IMG/VR virus record: IMGVR_UViG_3300013131_000009
Location: 1 to 36,151 of that record
Length of the DNA: 36,151 bases
Strand: one strand, 5' to 3'
Origin: a virus
Shown: in pieces, positions 23,322 through 31,409 of the stretch
How positions within the stretch are numbered: the stretch's first letter is position 1
How the letters are laid out: every line of letters begins with the position of its first letter
Position numbers and translations under genes: made by a program
Notes under the pieces: model-generated
Seen by the model: only the letters and a program-made list of their open reading frames with translations
Database searches by the model: none
What the model was told of the DNA's origin: nothing

Positions 23322-24708
23322 TTTGCCGATTGTTGGGCAGTCCTACCATCTTGATGACTGGTCGATTGATTGCCAAAAAACTTTAAATTTTTACCCGCAA
23401 GCCGTTGAGAGTGGAAATTCCCCCAATGTGTCCGCATTACTACCTACTCCTGGGCTGGTTCAACGCTTCACCTTTGATGGTGCGATTCGCGGCTTATATG
23501 CGCTCACTGACTACGTTTTGTGTGTGGCGGGTGCAAAGCTATACAAGATCGATAAAAACGACATTGTGAGCGAAATAGGCACAATTGGTGGTGCTGGAAT
23601 CGTTTATTTTGCAGATGATTCTGTACGCGTGATGATTGTTGGCTCATCTGCCTATGAATACAACATGAAAACTGGCGTATTGGCAGCAGTTCCGACTGAG
23701 GGGTTTTTGGGTGCATCTGATGTTACCTTTTTGGATTCTCGCTTTGTCTGGACTGTGCCAAATTCTGGCCAGATTCAATGGTCAAACCTGATCAGCTCGG
23801 CAACAACAGCACTCAACTATGCAACAGCTGAAGCAAAATCAGACAACCTTGTGCGCACAGTGGTTGTGAATGGTCAACTTTGGTTGATTGGCGAGAAGAC
23901 TACAGAGATTTGGACGAGTACCGGAAATAAGGATTTACCCTACAAGCGCATGTCAGGCGCATTTATCCCGACTGGTTGTGCTGCGAAAAACTCGGTGAGC
24001 TTGTTTGGTTCAAGCCTGATTTGGCTATCACGCTCGGAGCATGGGCAAAGTCAAATCGTAATGACAGAGGGTTATTCAGCAAAACGCATCTCGACACATG
24101 CTATCGAGGCTGAAATTGCGCGATATAGTCGAATTGATGATGCTTATGCGTTTGCTTATCAGCAAGACGGCCATGCGTTTTATCTATTGTCATTCCCGAC
24201 CGAGAAAAAGACTTGGTGCTTTGATGCTGTGACTAATATGTGGCATGAGCGCAGTTACTACAACAGCACAAGCTATAAGCACGAGCATCATCGGGCAATT
24301 GTTCACTGTTTCTTTAATGGTGAGCATTTAGTGGGAGATCGTGAGAAAGGTTTGGTTTATCGCTTATGCTCTGACTGCTCAGACGATAATGGCGACACCA
24401 TTCTACGCGAGCGAATCACTCCATTAATTAATCCACAAGCCACGCGCATTGTTTTCGATAGCGTGGAGTTATCCCTGCAAGTCGGGCAAGACTCCAATAT
24501 CAATCCACTCATCATGTTTGATTGGTCAGACGATGAAGGTCGCTCATGGTCAAATGACAGACAGCTGAACATCGGAGCCATTGGCGAGTTCAAGAAGCGA
24601 GTAATTTTCCGCAGGCTTGGTCAATCCTTTGGTCGTGTTTTTCGTTTAAAGATTTCCGACCCAGCGCGGCTGGTGATTCTAGGGGCTAAAGCGAGGGTTC
24701 GAGCATGA
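23308..24708 (+). CDS. Tail hub / head-closure protein, P22 gp10-like
   Basis: About 466 aa (P22 gp10 is 472 aa). It shares GAKLYK and the C-terminal basic strand IFRRLGQSFGRVFRLKI (gp10 has LWKRVGRIRRLIGFKLRV), and follows the gp4-like gene. Confidence 0.55.
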   Translation: MNVIDLPIVGQSYHLDDWSIDCQKTLNFYPQAVESGNSPNVSALLPTPGLVQRFTFDGAIRGLYALTDYVLCVAGAKLYKIDKNDIVSEIGTIGGAGIVYFADDSVRVMIVGSSAYEYNMKTGVLAAVPTEGFLGASDVTFLDSRFVWTVPNSGQIQWSNLISSATTALNYATAEAKSDNLVRTVVVNGQLWLIGEKTTEIWTSTGNKDLPYKRMSGAFIPTGCAAKNSVSLFGSSLIWLSRSEHGQSQIVMTEGYSAKRISTHAIEAEIARYSRIDDAYAFAYQQDGHAFYLLSFPTEKKTWCFDAVTNMWHERSYYNSTSYKHEHHRAIVHCFFNGEHLVGDREKGLVYRLCSDCSDDNGDTILRERITPLINPQATRIVFDSVELSLQVGQDSNINPLIMFDWSDDEGRSWSNDRQLNIGAIGEFKKRVIFRRLGQSFGRVFRLKISDPARLVILGAKARVRA

Positions 24709-25043
24709 CAGACCAGATTATTGCCTTACCGCTTTATGAGCCGATGTATAACAACGGGCAGCTATCGCCTACTTGGGCTATGTTCTTTGATCGCCTGATT
24801 GAAGCCATTAACGCGCTTGGCGCAAACAATGGCGGAGGTATCAATGATCTACAAGCCATGATGAGTGTGTTGCCAAATAGCGCAGTATCTGGGCAGCAAA
24901 GCCTGATTAAAACCATTGCACCACTTGTCCAGGCTAAAGCAGTAGAACAACAAGAAATGGTGCAACTCGCATCACCATACAACCAGATTCAGCAAGCGGT
25001 GGATGCTGTTGAGCTTCCGACCAGTCAGGTGATTATGCCATGA
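24705..25043 (+). CDS. Hypothetical virion-module protein
   Basis: 112-aa ORF with an ATGA overlap. Confidence 0.6.
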   Translation: MTDQIIALPLYEPMYNNGQLSPTWAMFFDRLIEAINALGANNGGGINDLQAMMSVLPNSAVSGQQSLIKTIAPLVQAKAVEQQEMVQLASPYNQIQQAVDAVELPTSQVIMP

Positions 25044-25372
25044 GTATTTCTTATAAAACCCCATTTAAACTGCAATCACTGGTTGCTGGTAACAATCTAG
25101 CCTACACGGTGCCAGAGTTTGTGGTCGCACAGGTTCGCGCCTGCACCATTCACAACCCAACCGCCACGCAAAAGGCGATTGAAGTCTACATTCTGCCTGA
25201 AAACGCGCTTGATCCTGCTCCAGCCTATCGAATCATCAAGGGCACATTGTTTGAAAATGGTAGTTATCTCTGCCCAGAGCTTGCCAATCATTGTCTGCAA
25301 AAAGGTGACAAGGTGGTGTTTGTAGGTGAAGGGCTTAATGCGATTCTATCGGTTTTAGAGCAATCACAATGA
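25040..25372 (+). CDS. Hypothetical virion-module protein
   Basis: 110-aa ORF with an ATGA overlap. Confidence 0.6.
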   Translation: MSISYKTPFKLQSLVAGNNLAYTVPEFVVAQVRACTIHNPTATQKAIEVYILPENALDPAPAYRIIKGTLFENGSYLCPELANHCLQKGDKVVFVGEGLNAILSVLEQSQ

Positions 25373-25809
25373 TTACAATTCAGCGCGAGAAGTGGATTGA
25401 TTGCATAGATCAGATCATGCCTCTTTGCCAACAAGTTTTTGATCTTGAAGAAGCAAAATTTACGGGACTACCGCTTGAATTTGATACTGACATGTATATC
25501 GAGTCAGAAGAATCAAACTACTTTCACTGTTTGGTCATGAGAAAGAATGGCAAGCCAATAGGATTCCACTGGATTGTAATTAGTCCTATGCCAAGGCATA
25601 AGGGCAAAACACATGCTCATACGGATGCAATTTTTGTCGATCCAAATCATCGCAATTGCTCTGCAAAACTGCTGCAATTCTCCGAGCAATACATTAAAGA
25701 GCGCGCGCAATTCTGGACACTGGCCAATCTTGCTACAAATGACCGTCAAGCCATGTGGCAAAGAAAAAGCTTTCAGCCAATCGAAACAATTATGTTTAAA
25801 AAATTATGA
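25369..25809 (+). CDS. Possible GNAT-fold N-acetyltransferase
   Basis: 146 aa. AIFVDPNHRNCSAKLLQFSEQYIKE weakly resembles GNAT motif A (V-x-P-x-x-R ... L). Coupled into the virion operon. Confidence 0.4.
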   Translation: MITIQREKWIDCIDQIMPLCQQVFDLEEAKFTGLPLEFDTDMYIESEESNYFHCLVMRKNGKPIGFHWIVISPMPRHKGKTHAHTDAIFVDPNHRNCSAKLLQFSEQYIKERAQFWTLANLATNDRQAMWQRKSFQPIETIMFKKL

Positions 25810-25817
25810 GGTGAGGT

Positions 25818-26465
25818 ATGTCATTTGTAGGTAAAGCAATCGGCTCACTGACGGGTGCAAACAAACAGGCCAAGGCTGCAACACAGGCTGCAAACACGCA
25901 ACTAGAAGCATCACGCGAAGCAACTAAAGTTCAAAAAGACATGTACGACCAGACGCGCAAGGATTTAATGCCTTATGCGGATGCTGGCCGTGGTTCGCTT
26001 TCGCAACTGATGGGGCAGATGGGGCCAAATGGTTATTTTAACCAAACCTATGATGGTCAGGATATTTACAGTGATCCAAGTTATCAATTCCGATTAAATG
26101 AGGGTTTGGATGCTGTGCAATCTGGCGCTGCTGCTCAAGGTGGGTTGCTAAGCGGTGCAACACTGAAAGCTTTGCAAGGTTATGGTCAAGACATGGCAAG
26201 CCAAGAGTATCAGAATGCTTACAACCGATTCAATGCGGATCAAACTAACCGCTATAACCGCCTATCCAACATTGTAGGGCTTGGCCAAAATGCAGCGGCA
26301 CAACAGGGTAATGCTGGAATGCAAACTGCACAGGCTGTAGCAAATAACACTATGTCTGGTGCGAATGCTCAGGCTGCTGGACAAATTGCAGCAGGGAATA
26401 GAACAGCTAATAATTTTGGTTCTGTGCTTAGTGCGGCCACTAGTATTGGCGGCTTATTTATTTAA
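25818..26465 (+). CDS. Internal virion / ejection protein (P22 gp7 position and size)
   Basis: 215 aa, Gln/Ala/Gly/Asn-rich low complexity with a hydrophobic C-terminus. Confidence 0.5.
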   Translation: MSFVGKAIGSLTGANKQAKAATQAANTQLEASREATKVQKDMYDQTRKDLMPYADAGRGSLSQLMGQMGPNGYFNQTYDGQDIYSDPSYQFRLNEGLDAVQSGAAAQGGLLSGATLKALQGYGQDMASQEYQNAYNRFNADQTNRYNRLSNIVGLGQNAAAQQGNAGMQTAQAVANNTMSGANAQAAGQIAAGNRTANNFGSVLSAATSIGGLFI

Positions 26466-26475
26466 GGGGTGAAAC

Positions 26476-27846
26476 ATGGCGCTTGATCCAAATATCATCC
26501 TGCGTGGCTCTGCAATGCAGCAGGAAATTCAGCAACAAAACAATGCAGGATTACAAAAACTCATTGGCATGCTTGGTCAGATTGGCTATGACGGCAAAGT
26601 TCGCAAGATGCGCCAACTTACCAACCCAGAAGATCAGCAAGCCTTTGCAAATAATTCACTATTTGCAAATAAATTAAACACTCAGCTCGCAGCAGACAAA
26701 GCAGCCGCAGCGAAAGCCGCAGCAGATCAACTCAAGTTCGATGCTGACCTAAACAAGACCTATGCCGAAACCTACAAGCTAGGCTCTGAATCAGGCAAGA
26801 TTGCCACCGAAACAGGTATCACACGCCAGAACAACACAGGCTCTATCTGGTCAGCTTTTTTAACTGGTGGGCCAGTAGCAGCAAAAGCACAGCTTGAAAA
26901 CATGAAAAATAACGGTGTAATCAGTCCTGAAAGCTATCAGACCGAGCTTGATGCACTGACCAACATGCCAACCAATGCTGCTGAGGCACAACAATATGCA
27001 CTAGGTCGATTCAAAGGATTGCAAGACCCTAAATACTCACTCACTACTGCTGACAACGTATTGGATAACGAGACATCTGTTGACAACAATGTTCGGGATA
27101 ACAACACATCCACAAACAACAATATCCGAACCACTCAAGCGAGCATATACAGCACAGATAAGGACTATCAGCTTGGGCAGCAAGAGCTACAGGTTAAGCA
27201 GGCTCTTGAGCAGCAAAAGATAGACCTTGAGCAAAACAAGGGTGAAATTATGGCAGGTGCTGATGGTATGGCTTATATATTTATGCCAAATCAGCCACCA
27301 GACAAGAGCTACAAACCACTTCTTGGTCCAGATGGAAAACACACTAAAGCGCCTGCTGCCAATTCTGGCAAAGGTGGCATGTCTGCAACTGCGCAAAAGG
27401 AATTATTTGAAGTTACAGACTCTATTTCTGCTGCTCAAAACGGTATTACGAACCTTAAAGATGCTCTGAAATACAGCGAAAAAGCATACGATGGCGTTGG
27501 TGCTGCACAGCGGGCAACTGCACGTGGATTCTTTGGTGAGGATGAGCGAGCTACAGCTACTACTATGCTTGATAACATCGTGACTGGTAACGCCTTGGAG
27601 ATGCTAAAGGCTACGTTTGGTGGCGCACCAACAGAAGGTGAACGAGCAATCTTGCTTCAATTACAAGGTTCGGCAAACTTGCCACGTGCGCAGCGTGAAG
27701 CAATCTACAATCGAGCTATTCAGATGGCTGAGCGTAGACTGCAATCCAATCTAGCTAAGGCTGAAGGTATCCGCAATGGAAGCTATTTCCAGTCACAGCA
27801 AGGCGGTGGTGGCTCTGGTGGCGAATCACTCTCTTACTTCAAATAG
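26476..27846 (+). CDS. Internal virion / ejection protein (P22 gp20 position and size)
   Basis: 456 aa, with an Asn-rich repeat (DNETSVDNNVRDNNTSTNNNIR) and a Gly-rich C-terminus. Confidence 0.5.
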   Translation: MALDPNIILRGSAMQQEIQQQNNAGLQKLIGMLGQIGYDGKVRKMRQLTNPEDQQAFANNSLFANKLNTQLAADKAAAAKAAADQLKFDADLNKTYAETYKLGSESGKIATETGITRQNNTGSIWSAFLTGGPVAAKAQLENMKNNGVISPESYQTELDALTNMPTNAAEAQQYALGRFKGLQDPKYSLTTADNVLDNETSVDNNVRDNNTSTNNNIRTTQASIYSTDKDYQLGQQELQVKQALEQQKIDLEQNKGEIMAGADGMAYIFMPNQPPDKSYKPLLGPDGKHTKAPAANSGKGGMSATAQKELFEVTDSISAAQNGITNLKDALKYSEKAYDGVGAAQRATARGFFGEDERATATTMLDNIVTGNALEMLKATFGGAPTEGERAILLQLQGSANLPRAQREAIYNRAIQMAERRLQSNLAKAEGIRNGSYFQSQQGGGGSGGESLSYFK

Positions 27847-27853
27847 GTGAAGC

Positions 27854-28561
27854 ATGGCAACCCCTCAGCAATATTTAAACAATCCAAACGTACGGAAGTT
27901 GCTTGATGTGATTGCCAGTGCTGAGGGTGTTCGGCATGGCTATAACACTATCTTTGGCAATGAGCGTTTTGGCAATCTATCTGCACACCCAAATGTGCGA
28001 AAATCATTTAAACAGACTGATGGTAAAACCAATTTCACCACGGCAGCAGGTCGTTACCAGTTCTTAAAAGGCACATGGGATGGTCTATCGCGCCAGTATG
28101 GCCTGAAAGACTTCTCGCCACAGTCGCAGGACATTGGTGCTATTGGCCTGATAATGCAAAAAGGCGCATTGAACGATGTGCTAAAAGGCAACTATCAGGC
28201 TGCTATTCAAAAACTCGGCAGCACTTGGGCATCCTTGCCATCCTCACCCTACGCACAACCAAGACGCTCACAAGCTGAGATTAATAAGTTTCTCGGCGGT
28301 AGTGCTCAACAAGGTGGCTATCAGCCGCAATACCTAAGCGCAGCACAGGCGGCTAAATTATTCCCAAAACAAGCAGCTCCAAAATCTAATTATTTGAGTG
28401 CCGAAGATGCCGCTCGATTGTTTCCAAAACAACAAAGGTTGCCGTCTGATTACTTGAGTGCGGAAGAAGTTGCAAAAATATTCCCTCAAAATAACCAGAC
28501 TACACAACAAACAGGCTACTTATCTGCTGAGCAGGCAGCAAAACTATTCCCAGGGGGCTAA
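27854..28561 (+). CDS. Virion-associated lytic transglycosylase (lambda R / GH104-like) with C-terminal tandem repeats
   Basis: AEG...GYN, AAGRYQF, YGLKDFSPQSQD and TWASLP align by eye with lambda R (WSEG, GAGRYQL, LGLKDFSPKSQD, IWASLP). Four YLSAExAAKLFP repeats follow. Confidence 0.75.
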   Translation: MATPQQYLNNPNVRKLLDVIASAEGVRHGYNTIFGNERFGNLSAHPNVRKSFKQTDGKTNFTTAAGRYQFLKGTWDGLSRQYGLKDFSPQSQDIGAIGLIMQKGALNDVLKGNYQAAIQKLGSTWASLPSSPYAQPRRSQAEINKFLGGSAQQGGYQPQYLSAAQAAKLFPKQAAPKSNYLSAEDAARLFPKQQRLPSDYLSAEEVAKIFPQNNQTTQQTGYLSAEQAAKLFPGG

Positions 28562-28562
28562 C

Positions 28563-30731
28563 ATGGCATCTCAAACAATGGCATTTGTGCAGAATGCAAA
28601 GAGCCAAGGTAAAAAAGACTCAGAGATTTGGAATGAGTTGCGAAAAGACCCAGACTTTAACGCAAGCACAAAGCGGGCTAGAGCCGCTGGAATTACACAA
28701 GAGCAAATTGCCAAAGACTTTGGCTTAAATATTCGCTTTGTAGATTCTCCAAAACAACAACCCACCCCAAAACCTGAAAAACCATCATTCATTGCAGACG
28801 TTGGTGCTGGTATTGATGATATTTATAGCGGTGTGGCTCAGGGTGCTGAATACGTTGCTGATGGTATTCGTGGCACCACTAACAAAGTGCTAGGCACAAA
28901 CCTTGATACTAACCGCTATGAGAAATACACCAAGTACAAGGCAGATGAGAAAAAGACCTACGAGCAGGCGCGCAAGGATAGCGGTGCTGGAATGAATGTA
29001 GGCCGTTTTATTGGTCAAACCGTTGCAACGGCTCCGGTTGCTGGACTAACTAAAGGCTATGGTGCTGCAAAAGTGTTATCAGGTGCTGGCGCTAAAGTCA
29101 CAGCACAAAATGCTTTGGTTGGTGGAGCTATTGGTGGTGTAGGTTTTGCTGAAAACGCTGAGCAGCGAAAAGCCAATATTGCTTCTGGTGCTGTTGGTGG
29201 TGCTTTAGGCGGTATTGCTGGTGACAAGATCGGCAAAGGCATTACCAAAGTTTCACAAAAGGTTGTGCCATCTGCTAAGGCTGCCGCAACTGCTCGTGTG
29301 AGTGCTACCGTAGACGACCAGATTGAAATTGCATTAAAGCAAAGCAACATCAAGATGAGTGACTTGTCTGACGATGTTGTGGATGGATTGCGAAAAGACG
29401 TAGCGGCAGCACTCAAGTCTGGTAAAGCAGTCAATAAAGAGGCTATTGCTCGCAAAGTGGTCCTTGATCGTGTTGGTATTCGACCAACTCAGGCGCAACT
29501 CACTGGCGATCCGAAGTTATGGCAAAAACAAGCTGAGCTTGCCAAAATCAATGGTGCTGGTGATCCGTTACGCGACAAGCTAGTACAGGATAATGTGCAG
29601 CTTGCGGGATTGCTTGATGATGTGGCTGCTAAAACAGGCGGAAAGGCTGATGATGCTTATGGTGCTGCCAGCGGCGCGGTCGATGCGTTAGAAGGTCAAC
29701 AGGCGCAAAACAAAGCGTTTATTGGTGCTGCTTATGACAATGCTAGAAATGCAGCAGGGAATGATATTGTTCTTGATGGTCGCGGCTTCGCAAATGATGC
29801 AATCACCAAGCTTGACGAGCAGTATGCCATGTCCAGCTTACCATCTGGTGTAAGTAAGATCATTAAGGATATTGAAAAGAATCCACAGGCTTTCACACTT
29901 GATAAGTCTGAGGAATTAATAAAAATCCTTAATCGTGAATACAGCTCATCACTTCAGAATGGGCAGCCAACCAGTTCCACTTATGCAATTGGTGTAGTCC
30001 GCGATGCGTTAGAGAATCGCCAGAGTGAAGCAATGCAGAATCTGCTTTCAACTGGTGGTAATGATGCTGCTCAGGCATATCAGTTCGCCCGTGATGCTTA
30101 TAAGTTTAACGCACAGCAGATTGAAGGTATTCCGCTACTCAAAGATGCAATCAAAGGTGTAGAGCCTGACAAGCTATTCCAAAAGCATGTCTTAAATGGC
30201 AATGTTGCCGAACTGCAAAAGACTGTCGATCTACTCAACAATGTCAATCCGCAATCCGTGGCCGACATTAAGGGGCAGGTAGTCAAGTTCATTTCTGATA
30301 AGGCGATCAACCAAAACGGCCAGTTTAGCCCAGCAGGAATGAAACGAGCACTAGATTCAATCGGGGATCGTAGGCTTGCTGCAATGTTCACACCTGATGA
30401 AGTGGCAAGGCTGAAAGACATTGGTATGGCTGGCCAATACCTTGTGACACAACCCGCTCACTCCTATGTGAACAACTCAAACACATCCGCTGCTTTGATG
30501 AATTTCTTGGGTGGAATTATCAATCGCCCTGGATTCCGAGTTGCATTATCCCCATTCAAGGATGTTGCTGACTCAATTCAGGTGAGCCGAGCAATGAAAG
30601 CTAATCTAGCAGGTGATGCAAAAGCTTCGGCTGATGTGATTAATAATGTGATGTTTAGTGAGGGTGACAAGAGAATGATTGAGCAGCTAACGAAACTTGG
30701 TGTAATCGGTGGGGCAAATGCAACTCAGTGA
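28563..30731 (+). CDS. Large internal virion / DNA-ejection protein (P22 gp16 position)
   Basis: Start at ATG 28563 (GGGGG + 5 nt). 722 aa with a Gly/Ala-rich hydrophobic segment (VGGAIGGVGF...GAVGGALGGIAG). The track ORF has a 105-nt upstream extension that overlaps the previous gene. Confidence 0.6.
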   Translation: MASQTMAFVQNAKSQGKKDSEIWNELRKDPDFNASTKRARAAGITQEQIAKDFGLNIRFVDSPKQQPTPKPEKPSFIADVGAGIDDIYSGVAQGAEYVADGIRGTTNKVLGTNLDTNRYEKYTKYKADEKKTYEQARKDSGAGMNVGRFIGQTVATAPVAGLTKGYGAAKVLSGAGAKVTAQNALVGGAIGGVGFAENAEQRKANIASGAVGGALGGIAGDKIGKGITKVSQKVVPSAKAAATARVSATVDDQIEIALKQSNIKMSDLSDDVVDGLRKDVAAALKSGKAVNKEAIARKVVLDRVGIRPTQAQLTGDPKLWQKQAELAKINGAGDPLRDKLVQDNVQLAGLLDDVAAKTGGKADDAYGAASGAVDALEGQQAQNKAFIGAAYDNARNAAGNDIVLDGRGFANDAITKLDEQYAMSSLPSGVSKIIKDIEKNPQAFTLDKSEELIKILNREYSSSLQNGQPTSSTYAIGVVRDALENRQSEAMQNLLSTGGNDAAQAYQFARDAYKFNAQQIEGIPLLKDAIKGVEPDKLFQKHVLNGNVAELQKTVDLLNNVNPQSVADIKGQVVKFISDKAINQNGQFSPAGMKRALDSIGDRRLAAMFTPDEVARLKDIGMAGQYLVTQPAHSYVNNSNTSAALMNFLGGIINRPGFRVALSPFKDVADSIQVSRAMKANLAGDAKASADVINNVMFSEGDKRMIEQLTKLGVIGGANATQ

Positions 30732-30844
30732 TTATCCCACCAATCCTTAATGCTGATAAAAATATTTGCAGCAATGCTTAGCACAAGCATGATTAACCAC
30801 CATGCTATAAACATGCCGACAATTGCTGCAATTATTTGAATCAT
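30725..30844 (-). CDS. 39-aa hydrophobic membrane peptide (below the track's reporting length)
   Basis: The product is MIQIIAAIVGMFIAWWLIMLVLSIAANIFISIKDWWDNH. Its ATG lies 1 nt after the lipoprotein stop. Its 3' end overlaps the convergent ejection-protein gene by 7 nt. Confidence 0.5.
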   Translation of the reverse strand: MIQIIAAIVGMFIAWWLIMLVLSIAANIFISIKDWWDNH

Positions 30845-30845
30845 A

Positions 30846-31331
30846 TTATTTTACCTTGTATTTCGTCTTTAAGCTCTGCTCAAGCCATGCAGCATCAAAT
30901 GCTTTCACATTGGTTGGGTTTTCTTTAAAGCACTGCACTGTAATTGATGAAACAGGTTTTTCAATATTTGAGATGGTGCCACCGCTATAAGTTGTGGTTG
31001 CTTGGCCAAAGGCTGAATTTCCATACACATTGGCGCTTGCGTTAGTGTGTACTGATGACGGACTAATATAGCGTGAGGTTTTAACGCGGTTCTCTTGATC
31101 CAGCACCACAAAGTACGGGCATTGGTTTTGAATAGATAACTCAGCAGCACGGAGCAAAGCAAAGTCATAAACACGACCACCAGAAGTAAAAGCATTACCA
31201 CTCACACTAATTCTGAAAGTATCTGGTGAAAGCATGGTTTCATCAAACCCGCCAAATATAGAATTTGGCTTGTATGAGCTTGCGCAGCCTGACAGCAGAA
31301 AAGCACCCACAACAAACAGCATTTTTTTCAT
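30846..31331 (-). CDS. Lipoprotein of unknown function, opposite strand to the virion operon
   Basis: MKKMLFVVGAFLLSGC has the lipobox LSGC. 161 aa, lying between the ejection-protein and tailspike genes. Confidence 0.8.
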   Translation of the reverse strand: MKKMLFVVGAFLLSGCASSYKPNSIFGGFDETMLSPDTFRISVSGNAFTSGGRVYDFALLRAAELSIQNQCPYFVVLDQENRVKTSRYISPSSVHTNASANVYGNSAFGQATTTYSGGTISNIEKPVSSITVQCFKENPTNVKAFDAAWLEQSLKTKYKVK

Positions 31332-31373
31332 GTTTTAACTCACTTTTTATTTTCCTAAGATTAAACCACATCA

Positions 31374-31397
31374 GCCGCCTTAATTGGCGGTTTTTTA
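31374..31397 (+). terminator. Terminator-like hairpin immediately upstream of the tailspike RBS
   Basis: GCCGCC-TTAATT-GGCGGT is followed by a T run that starts at the last stem base (TTTTTTATT, 31391..31399). It ends 13 nt before the ATG at 31410. Confidence 0.45.
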
Positions 31398-31409
31398 TTG
31401 GAGCTATAA

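Noticed and set aside
28458-28562. N-terminal extension of the large ejection-protein ORF
   Set aside because: The extension overlaps the repeat region of the transglycosylase gene in another frame. ATG 28563 has a GGGGG SD and starts 1 nt after the upstream stop.
29057-29455. 132-aa minus-strand ORF (and 30098..30421) inside the ejection-protein gene
   Set aside because: These are shadow frames of a GC-richer Ala/Gly-rich region and have no ribosome-binding site.
30905-31201. 98-aa alternative-frame ORF inside the lipoprotein gene
   Set aside because: It is on the same strand but out of frame with a gene that has a textbook signal peptide and lipobox, and it has no independent start signals.
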